64,000 nt of DNA from NCBI GenBank assembly GCA_963804995.1, contig CAWDSK010000003.1, positions 1,248,001 through 1,312,000 on the forward strand. The letters run 5' to 3'. The DNA comes from an uncultured Acidobacteriota bacterium. GTDB taxonomy: Bacteria > Acidobacteriota > Terriglobia > UBA7540. Numbering within the stretch: the first letter of the stretch is position 1; each line of letters starts with the position of its first letter. A model generated the notes under the pieces. It saw only the letters and a program-made list of their open reading frames with translations, had not been told where the DNA came from and ran no database searches. Of the stretch, positions 53,060-61,666 are shown piece after piece. The translations under genes and the position numbers were made by a program.

Positions 53060-53575
53060 ATGACTCGTTTGCGTTTTTCGGTCCTAGCATTCGTTCTCAT
53101 ATGGGCAGGCAGTTTTCTCGCCTGTTCCAAGCCCACGCCTTCTACGTCGCCTAATAGGGCCAAGAGTGCGGCGGCGCCGGCGGCCACCACATCCAGCGGT
53201 CTGCCCCAACCCTGCACGCTCGTGACCGCTAAGGATGGTGAGGAGGTTTTCGGAGCAGGTGCCCAAATCAAACAGAATGGCGATATATCATGCGAGATCG
53301 ACGGACCAAATCTCATGACTGACGGCCTCATCGGGGTGAATATTAAGCTGATCGATCCCAAAGACTGGGATGGCGGCAAGAAAACTGTATTTGCCATGTT
53401 CCCCAAGGAGAAGTCCGTCTCGGGAATTGGAGAAGATGCCTATACCTTCAGCGACGGCATCGTCTTTCATAAGGGGAAGGTGGAAGTGAACGTCATCACC
53501 AGCGGCTATACCGGCCCCAAACCGAAAGCCGATGTCGCCAAGTACATCGCGCAGCAAGTGGCGGCGCGCCTGTAA
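53060..53575 (+). CDS. Lipoprotein, unknown function
   Basis: GGGAGG RBS; lipobox FLAC; PCTLVT and VSGIGEDAY motifs. Confidence 0.8.
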   Translation: MTRLRFSVLAFVLIWAGSFLACSKPTPSTSPNRAKSAAAPAATTSSGLPQPCTLVTAKDGEEVFGAGAQIKQNGDISCEIDGPNLMTDGLIGVNIKLIDPKDWDGGKKTVFAMFPKEKSVSGIGEDAYTFSDGIVFHKGKVEVNVITSGYTGPKPKADVAKYIAQQVAARL

Positions 53576-53741
53576 CGCATCTCCGTCTCACTGCTTCCAC
53601 CGCAGACCTGTGCCGGGGAGGTCCACGGTTTCTCGTCGCCCATAGGAGACGAACCCCAGACCTCACCGACGGAGGTGTGCGCTACGCTTGCTTGTTCGCC
53701 CCCGGGGGCATGGGATCTCGTTCCGTGCCGCGAGTTGATAG

Positions 53742-54983
53742 TCACTGGCCAATCATGTCTGCGACCCGTTGCCAATCCACCTGACTCACAAATTGCCAGA
53801 GCCGGACCAGGCCGAGCGAGTCCCAGTCCGTCAGCGGTGGCTCGCGGAGGTTCTCCGGCACGTCCTCCAGGAAGACGGTGATCAACTGGATGTCGGTGCG
53901 GGGGCGCGAAAGATCAAAGTAGTCGGGATTGAACACGACCACCGGCCGCGCGTCCTTCGTATTCGCAGGGACAAAGGTCGAGGGATAGTCGAAGGCTTTT
54001 CGGGTCCAGGCCTGCGAAGCCCGCTCCGCCGGCGTCATTCCGGCCAGCTCGGCGCGAAGGCGTTCGAGATCGGGATCTGGCGCCACGGGCTCAGCCGTTC
54101 GCTGGACGATTTTCTTCCGCAGCTCCTGGCAGTTGGCTATACCCTGCTTCAACTGGCCCGGGAAGTCAGCCTCCAGCTTCTCCATTCTTGTGCGGAACTC
54201 CTCGGCAGCGGCCGGATCGGTCTTCTTCAGTTTCTGGTATGCTTGCTCGTGGGTCTTAAGCCGTTCCTCCTGACCGGCCATCCAATCTTTGTAGTCTTTA
54301 TCGCACGGGGGCAGTTTCTTGTCCGCTTCGACGCGGCGGGCGCTCTCGCGTTCGCGGTCGGCCCTCTTGCTTTCGTAATCGGCGATAAAGTCCCGCAAGA
54401 ATTGCTCTCGTGTCACCGGAATCCAAAGAGGGCGGTCCTTCTTGGCGAAATAGATGACGGTGGCTACGTCATGGGTTCGTGGATTCGGCGGCCCGGCAAA
54501 GTACAGCGTGACTCCCGCGGTTTGGCCAATTGCCACTGGCAGCCACATCATCTCGTGCCCGTTGTGCTTCTCAAATGTCTGCCCGCGAGTTACCTCATGC
54601 GGATCGTTAAAATGGAAATCGGCCTCTGTCACGGCTTCCCTGTCGGTCTTCGGCTTGCCGCCGGGGCCCTCGGCAAAATAGAGGAATATGATCCACAGAC
54701 GGCCGGAGATGGGGACATTGGCGTTGGAACCAGAAAGATTGATCCAGCCCTCTCCATTGAAGCCCAGCGGTGGATTGAACACCTTCGCGGTATGCAGCCG
54801 CGAGGCGATACCTTGGATTTTCGACAGGAATATCCTGCCCTCGGCCTCGCTGTGACCGGACCACTTCGCGTTGCTGGCAGGCGGGCTGCTTAGCTGCCAA
54901 GTGCCGGGCACGTTGGGGAGGGGCCGCACTTCTTGGCCCGCAGCGGGCAAACACAACAGCAATATTGCGGCGATATATCTCAT
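53742..54983 (-). CDS. Secreted hypothetical protein with coiled-coil segment
   Basis: AGGAGGAG RBS, signal peptide, charged helical middle region. Confidence 0.75.
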   Translation of the reverse strand: MRYIAAILLLCLPAAGQEVRPLPNVPGTWQLSSPPASNAKWSGHSEAEGRIFLSKIQGIASRLHTAKVFNPPLGFNGEGWINLSGSNANVPISGRLWIIFLYFAEGPGGKPKTDREAVTEADFHFNDPHEVTRGQTFEKHNGHEMMWLPVAIGQTAGVTLYFAGPPNPRTHDVATVIYFAKKDRPLWIPVTREQFLRDFIADYESKRADRERESARRVEADKKLPPCDKDYKDWMAGQEERLKTHEQAYQKLKKTDPAAAEEFRTRMEKLEADFPGQLKQGIANCQELRKKIVQRTAEPVAPDPDLERLRAELAGMTPAERASQAWTRKAFDYPSTFVPANTKDARPVVVFNPDYFDLSRPRTDIQLITVFLEDVPENLREPPLTDWDSLGLVRLWQFVSQVDWQRVADMIGQ

Positions 54984-55195
54984 GGCTCCTCCTGTAGCTC
55001 CGGGTCCCAGGGCACCAAAATCAGATGCTTCGCTGCGCTCAGCATGACAGCGGAGAGACTCCTCGCTAGGGCTGGCGCCTGACGACCACGGCAGTCAGGT
55101 TCACGCCATCCACGAGGACCGAGACACCTTCCGCGAAGATGAAATCGGTCCTCGCGATGACCTTGGCATCTTGAACAAGTCCTCCCAAGGGGTGG

Positions 55196-55669
55196 CTACA
55201 TCCCAGCGGCAATCAGTTGAGCCACTTTCTTGACCTGATCGATGGTAAGCAGGGTCCCTGTGAAACCCAAAAAGGTGGACACCGTGCCGGAGCCTTTCCC
55301 TTTCTTAAAGGCGAGAAAGTATGGGTAATTGCCCGGCGGTCCGATAATCGCGGCATCTCCCACCCCTTGGATCTCCTCCTTCACCGCCCCTTTCATGTTT
55401 TTGGTTTGTGAATAGAACATATCGGAAGAAAGGCTCCTATTAACCATCAGGATCAGCTTCCCATCCTTGTTGGCAAAATTCAGGTCGCCCCCTGCCCCTT
55501 TCGATGGGTCCGCGGGGACGAGTTTAACTCCCTGAAGTCCAGTGATCTTCTCAACGTCCTGCACCGTCAGATACTGGGCTCCCGATGCGGGCTTGGGTTG
55601 AGAAAAAGCCATCGACGCATTCAAAACAAGCAGGGTGAATACAAACAGAACCGTCAGCCAGCGATGCAT
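55196..55669 (-). CDS. Secreted hypothetical protein
   Basis: AAGGAGGT RBS, MHRWLTVLFVF signal peptide; YLTVQDVEKITG and IQGVGDAA resemble the 53060 protein. Confidence 0.75.
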   Translation of the reverse strand: MHRWLTVLFVFTLLVLNASMAFSQPKPASGAQYLTVQDVEKITGLQGVKLVPADPSKGAGGDLNFANKDGKLILMVNRSLSSDMFYSQTKNMKGAVKEEIQGVGDAAIIGPPGNYPYFLAFKKGKGSGTVSTFLGFTGTLLTIDQVKKVAQLIAAGM

Positions 55670-56390
55670 AATGACTACCTCCTTTAATTGGAAGGGCCAA
55701 TCTACTAATGAGTGGATGGTTCGAGGAAAACCTCTTTCTTGCTCTGAGTGATGGGAATCACTCCGATTCCCTGTAACTAAGTGTTTAGAGCGAGACGCCG
55801 GGCTGGTTCGCCTGGGCGTTGAGTGTGAACCGCCCAGACCTACATAAGCATTATGGTCAGTTCGTTGATCCAATCGAAGGTCTCCCTTCGCTTGCGGAGA
55901 GTGTAAACCTTTATGGCTGGCTTCGCACCATGAAACCCACACCTCGCAGGCGACTTTCCCGTGCAGGCACCCGCGAGAGTGATGGTTCACTTTGTGCGGC
56001 AACACTTCCGCCCAGACTTGCACGTGGGACTCCGAGAGCGGGCGGTGGGGAGGATCTTCTCCACCAACGGGATTTTCAGTTCGCGCAACGCGCATTTCAT
56101 TCCCTCGTTGTAAGGCGGATAATGCGGTAGCGAGTTCAGCAGGATGACAGATGATGGGCCAGGACCTCAACCCTGCGCGCTTGATGCCAAAGATCGGTAA
56201 GCGGTACGTCCGCTACATCTGCAGGTGGCGCTACGAGCGTGACCTCCTTCCAGGGAGCAGGATGAAGGGGGACACCGCAACCTTTGCATGATCGTTGAGG
56301 GCGATAGTGTTTTGACGAGCGGAAGTCGTCAAGCGGGGAACGCCGCTCAACTCGAATTCGTGGCCGACGGCTTCCAGTTGTCATCGCCGT

Positions 56391-56795
56391 CTACTTCCGG
56401 CAATGGATCTGGAACTCGGCTTTGTCCGAGCGCGTGTTGCCGCTTCCGATCTGCGCCCATCCGTGAAAGTTTTCGCCCGGCGAGCCCAGCCTCCAAGTGA
56501 AATGAACCGGTTTCGATCCTGCGGATGTGAAGTGGAGCGTTTGTCGCCCTTCGCCTGATCCGCCGTCGGACCGAGTAATGCCATAAATAACGGTATTGGG
56601 TCCATCAACTCTGATGAAACCATGGAAGTTGATCGTAACCGGGCAAGCCCCGTGCCAATCATTGGGGGTTGCCTGGATGCGCATCTCTGTCACCTGCCCA
56701 TATCTAGCCGAAATACCAGCTTGAGGGGGCATGAATACCAGGCACGCGCTCAGAACAACCAACGTCAAGAGAATCCTTCTGCTGCGTGGTGACAT
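56391..56795 (-). CDS. Small secreted beta-rich protein
   Basis: GGAGGG RBS, signal peptide, GACPVTINFHG. Confidence 0.7.
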   Translation of the reverse strand: MSPRSRRILLTLVVLSACLVFMPPQAGISARYGQVTEMRIQATPNDWHGACPVTINFHGFIRVDGPNTVIYGITRSDGGSGEGRQTLHFTSAGSKPVHFTWRLGSPGENFHGWAQIGSGNTRSDKAEFQIHCRK

Positions 56796-57497
56796 AGCGG
56801 AATCCCTCCGGGATTGGATTTAATATTTGATTCCTATTACCTCCAGCCCAACCCGACTACCCTCGGATGGCCAGATGGTTCGATGAAGTACAGCAACTGT
56901 GGTTCTACTTGCTCTGTTGCGTACCCGACTTCGAGCGGAGGAGCCGTTCAATTAGTGAAATGACTTATGGCACGGACAGGCGTACCCGACTGTACTCATA
57001 ACCTAGTTGCTTTTCAAGCGGTCTTCTTGCGGCCTTTACTTCTTCCTGCCGAGTCTGGTTCTTGCCTGTCTGCCCACATTTCCGTTCCGCAATCAAGCGA
57101 GTTGCTCGGGGCGGAGATGATCGCATGTAACATCCCACCCTGAGCCCATGCGTATAGATCCGGAATTTCGATTATGAACCTCTGGTCCCACGGCATACGC
57201 CTGACCCCACTTGAATGCAACTGAGGTCGGGTTTGCACTGCCGGGTATGTCCACGGGCCACTGAACGGGCCATTCGTGCTTCTCGCGAGAACCCCGAAGA
57301 CCGCAACTACCCCTCGTTCGACCTGTGTCTGTGACAACTTGCCCTCCCGTCCCTTCCCTCGTCGCTGAAATCCCATCCGCTCGGCGCGTATTTGATACAG
57401 CGACTTGAAGGAAGCCGCCCGCGTTTGCGGCGGGCGCGGAGGATTATGGGTTGTAAATGGCGTTCACCGGCCCCTCGTCTATCATTGGGGCACAAGA

Positions 57498-57654
57498 GTC
57501 ATGACCCGGCATGAGGGCTCAGGCGGTGGTCAGGAATACAATGAAGAAGAGAATTGCGCACGCCCAAGACGGCTTGCCTAAGTCCGTAACGAATGTCCTC
57601 CCTAAAGCCATAAGGCCAGATACCAGCAAAGAAATGGAGCCGTCCCCCTTTGAC
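57498..57654. repeat. ~157-bp direct repeat, copy 1
   Basis: Closely similar to 63843-64000. Confidence 0.92.
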
Positions 57655-57682
57655 CTTCGGTGTGAACCACCCCCGGCTGGCG

Positions 57683-59219
57683 TTATCTCAGTTCCAACGG
57701 ATGCTTCTCCTCGCGATTGAACCCGCGGTAATAGAGGACAAGTTTCGTGGCATTGACCGGCGCCTGGAAAGCTACTTCGAACCGGCCGCGCCCGTGGGCA
57801 GGTACGACACTATTCTCAACGAGAGGGTGTGCAAGCTTTTCCATGGAACTCGTGTCAACGAGAATCTCCTCACCGCCATTCAAGAGCTTTAGCTGCTCTC
57901 CGGTTTGAAACTCGATTCCCTGGTCGACCTTATTCACCAGGGTGAGGTCGAGAACCAGGAAACGTTTCCCCTGCTCAGGCTGTGCACCGCCCAGGTTGGG
58001 CGCAGCGCGCACTCCATGAATCTGCACGTCCAAGGTGTCGCCGTCCGAAATGGTGAACAGGACGGGCGCCTGGCTGGTAGCGGCTGAGGCCGCTGCCCCT
58101 CCAGTGGCAGTGTTGGGAAGGCTCAGTTCCAGGGGAGGATAGCCGGGGAGGTTGAGCACCATGGTCAGCGCCCCATGCTGTGCCGGGACGGAGAAAACCA
58201 GCGAGCCACGCTGGAGAGTGCCCGGCAGGAATTGCACTGTGCCTTTGAACTGGCCAGGGACGCTCACGTCCTTCGCGGGAGTGAAGGTCACGCCCTGCGG
58301 GTCGCGGAGGTATGAGTAGTTCTCGAGCTCGAACTTGCACGAGGCTCCCCTCCGATTTCCCGGTGCAGCCTAATTGCACTACCGCATACATGTCCCCGCC
58401 CGGAGCAGACATATTCCCCAGGCTCGCGACCTGTTGCACGCCATAGGCACTGACCTCCAGAACATCGTTCTTCACGGGGCCGGCGATGGGAGCGGCGGCG
58501 GCAGGCGGCTTGCCATAAAGCGGTACGTCAAAGCTGCCCATAGAGGTGTCAAGGAACCGGAAGAGTACGCTGGAGACGCCGCTGGCGGGGATCTCGTAAA
58601 CGAGCTGCCCCCTGACCTCGGCGTTGAGTTCAGGAACCACGATTTGCTCCACCGAGAGGGGGTGCGCTGCCGCTGATTGCGCCTCGCTGATCACCGCCGT
58701 GTCCTGGCCGTTGATCACCACGAAAGCATGGTTCTTAACGTCGGGAATCACGTAAGGCGTCGGCTTCATCACGAAGTCCTCAGGGTTTGCGTTCTTTTGT
58801 GTTTGCCCGGCGCCGAACCCCACCCCTCCCACACCCCCCGTTACATCCTGCTGATCGGGATGCTTCGGCACTTTGGTGAGTGGGATGATGTTCTTCCAAA
58901 CCGTGTCCATCACCAGAAAAACCTTGCCCGCAGGAACGGGGTGCGAGCCCACCGTGCTGGTGACTGTGAAAGTGGGGATGGAGAACTCCACCGCCTTGTT
59001 CGTGGCGCTTGCCGCCGGGCTGTAGCTCTTCAACTCGATTGCTGGTCCGGCCTGTTCCGCCAAGGCTCCGGTAGGTCCTGCGGTCGCAGTCAGCGCGCCA
59101 CCCGAGGGCGGCGTACCAGCCGCTCCGGATGAGTGCCGGCAGGAACTGCAACCGGAAGAGGAAAGCACGAAGAAAAAGGCAATCAGCCCTGCGACTGCAA
59201 CCCGTGTTGTCTTCGTCAT
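57683..59219 (-). CDS. Secreted/lipoprotein with repeated Ig-like (DUF4352-like) domains; 1-nt frameshift near 58332
   Basis: The ORFs 57975-59219 and 57683-58291 join as ...SLVQV-ELENYSYLRDPQGVTFTP... if one base is removed; repeated GKVFLVMD / GDMYAVVQ / GKRFLVLD motifs. Confidence 0.7.
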
Positions 59220-59365
59220 ATTTACCCCCTGTCAGACGGGGAGGGCTATTCTCCGCTCCCCTCCCGCGCCTTCGTGGCTCCAACACGAACCGATCGTCCT
59301 CGAAGCCCATGCGCACAGCCGACGATTGCGCGTGCGTCATGCGTCCTCGTAGTCAGGTTCGTCGC

Positions 59366-61606
59366 TCACATCTTAACCAGCTCCACGCGCCGATTCTTGG
59401 CGCGGCCCTCGGGCTTGCCATTGTCGTCAATGGGGTTGCTGTCGCCGTATCCCGCCGAACTCAGCCGGTCCGCCGCTATACCCGCTTTCGCCAGCGCATC
59501 CACCACCGCCGCGGCGCGCGCCTGCGAGAGCTTGACGTTGTATTCGTGTGTCCCCACATTGTCGGTGTAGCCGTTGATGGAAAGCTTGAGATCCGGGGAC
59601 TGCTTCATCATGCGGATCACTTCGTTGACGGTGGGCTTACTCTCCGGCTTGATGATCGCCTTGTCGAAGTCGAAATTGATGTAGATCGTCACGCGGCCAT
59701 GCAGATCGATCTCCGCCTTGAGCGCCTCGGCGGTAGTTGGCGGGGGTGCAGGTGAGGCGGAAGTCTCCACGGCGGGCCACGCCAGGCAGAGCGTATTGGA
59801 CTTCCCACTCTCGTCCGTGCCGCGGATGGCAAGAGCATGAGGCGCCGCCAAAGTCTCGTTCGTAGTGCTGACGCTCAGCCGGGTCTTGGAGATTTCTGTA
59901 AGGTTAATGGTGTCCGAATCGAAGTGGAAGCGCAGGCTGGGATCGGGAGGCACGGAAGTGGCACGCATCTGGAGATTTCCCTTATATCCGTGGTTGGCGA
60001 GGAGGATGAGGGGGTAAGTGTAGGATTGGCCACGCGTCACTCCCTGGCTCTTGAGGTTCTCGTCGGTTGCAATAATGAAGTCGCCGATCGGGATGCTACA
60101 GGGAAGCCCGTCCGGGTCGAAGGGGAGGGCCAGCTCGCGAGTCACCAGTTTCTCGTACTCCCGGCTGTCCTTCTGATCTTTATCGAAACCGTCGTAGATG
60201 ATGAGGCCCCGGCCAAAGTGCGCGTAAGCCTCCACGAAGCCGTTCTCATTGTTTACATTCGTGGTAAACAGGTGTCCGCACCAGTGGCTGTCGTATTGGG
60301 TAATGAGGTTGGAATCCCCCAACTCATTATGGTTGCCGTTCTCGCTGGCCAACCACGGTGCGACATTCAGGAAGCCGGCTTCTTTAGGCTGGGCATTGGC
60401 GAGGATATTCTCCTCGACAAAAATGAGCTGGTCGCTGGGCGCGCCCTGCGCGCCGGGATTGTTGGTGGCAAACCGGTAAGGCAGGAAGCCATAGTCCGGC
60501 CCTTTGCCACACGAATCCGCGTCCTGGATGATAAGCTTGTGGCCCTGCGCCACCCAAGCAATCAAGGCCTTTTTGAAGGCGCTCGGCAAGCGCTCACACA
60601 CTTGCGAGAGCACCACCGTGTCAAACCCCTCGGCGCTCAGCAACCTTGCCGGCGCTGCGTATCCCGGGTCTACAAGACTCAGGAACTTCATATGCTTATA
60701 GATTGAACGGCCGGGGCGGTCCTCGGCGGTAGAGGTGGCGTAGGTTAACGGTGGATATACTTCCTCGCCATTGACGACGAGGATGTTTTCACTTCCGCCA
60801 TGCGCGGCGGGGGGCAGGTTGACCACCGCGGGACGGGGTGCGCAACCTTCCCCGGCAGGCGCCTGACGAGCCGCGGTGGCCGTGCCCGGTGCGGCGGGAA
60901 TCGGCAGCTTTACCGGGAATATTCCTTCCAGGGGAGCGCCGCTCAGAAGAGCGGCAAGATCGGGATTGCGCGTGAGCATCGGAACATAGCCAGGGCCGCT
61001 TGCTTCAATGACCTTGACCTTCCCCATCTGGGCCCCTTGATTGTCACCATAGTTAGAGAGCACGCGAATCTTCACGTAGCGCGCCATGACGGGCGGAAAC
61101 GAAATTACTTGATCACCCGGATCGTTGGACAAAGTTTTTTGCGCAACCTTGGTAAATCCCTGGTCGGGACTGTCCTTCGAGACCCAGATTTCGACATCCT
61201 TGGCCCAATTCGGGGGGTCGTTGCGGGTGGCGGTGTTGATGACGACCGTGGCGATCAGCCCGGGCTGGTGGGCGAAAAACGACAGAACAACTTCCTGGGG
61301 AAAGTCCTTTGGAAAATCGAGGTTGGCGGAAGACCACCCGGTGTCTGCAAATTGCTTGCCCGCCAAGAGCGCCCAAGGTGACCACTCCGGTTTAGGATAC
61401 TGCGAGCTGGCCTTATCGGCGCTCCCGCCCATGTCGAGCGAGACGAGGTCCACGCCCCCTGCGGCTGCCACCGCGGGAGCTGAGGGACCCTCAGCGGCGG
61501 TGCTCGGCCCTGTCAGCAGGCACGCTGCGAACACCCCCAACAAGATAGCGATGCCGGAGCCGGCAGGACGCCGCCACTCCGACCACAACCCGTGTGCCGT
61601 GTCCAT
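59366..61606 (-). CDS. OmpA-family protein with N-terminal discoidin (F5/8)-like domain
   Basis: INFDFDKA, INGYTDNVG, NVKLSQARA, KNRRVEL; N-terminal KDVEIWVS..ARYVKIRV. Confidence 0.88.
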   Translation of the reverse strand: MDTAHGLWSEWRRPAGSGIAILLGVFAACLLTGPSTAAEGPSAPAVAAAGGVDLVSLDMGGSADKASSQYPKPEWSPWALLAGKQFADTGWSSANLDFPKDFPQEVVLSFFAHQPGLIATVVINTATRNDPPNWAKDVEIWVSKDSPDQGFTKVAQKTLSNDPGDQVISFPPVMARYVKIRVLSNYGDNQGAQMGKVKVIEASGPGYVPMLTRNPDLAALLSGAPLEGIFPVKLPIPAAPGTATAARQAPAGEGCAPRPAVVNLPPAAHGGSENILVVNGEEVYPPLTYATSTAEDRPGRSIYKHMKFLSLVDPGYAAPARLLSAEGFDTVVLSQVCERLPSAFKKALIAWVAQGHKLIIQDADSCGKGPDYGFLPYRFATNNPGAQGAPSDQLIFVEENILANAQPKEAGFLNVAPWLASENGNHNELGDSNLITQYDSHWCGHLFTTNVNNENGFVEAYAHFGRGLIIYDGFDKDQKDSREYEKLVTRELALPFDPDGLPCSIPIGDFIIATDENLKSQGVTRGQSYTYPLILLANHGYKGNLQMRATSVPPDPSLRFHFDSDTINLTEISKTRLSVSTTNETLAAPHALAIRGTDESGKSNTLCLAWPAVETSASPAPPPTTAEALKAEIDLHGRVTIYINFDFDKAIIKPESKPTVNEVIRMMKQSPDLKLSINGYTDNVGTHEYNVKLSQARAAAVVDALAKAGIAADRLSSAGYGDSNPIDDNGKPEGRAKNRRVELVKM

Positions 61607-61666
61607 GATCCCTCCTCCTTGTAGTGGGCTAATATCAGTCTGCGTCTTCCTCAACAGGTCCGTCGC

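Noticed and set aside
55670..56170. 167-aa N-terminal extension of the 55196 ORF
   Set aside because: A strong RBS and signal peptide at 55669 define the real start; the upstream part looks non-coding.
51386..56795. Integron cassette array
   Set aside because: Genes point in both directions, no convincing attC (RYYYAAC...GTTRRRY with paired arms), and no integron integrase.
56851..56991. Possible mini-CRISPR array (short repeats at 60-70 bp spacing)
   Set aside because: Repeats are only 8-12 bp, spacing is uneven, and there are no cas genes in the window.
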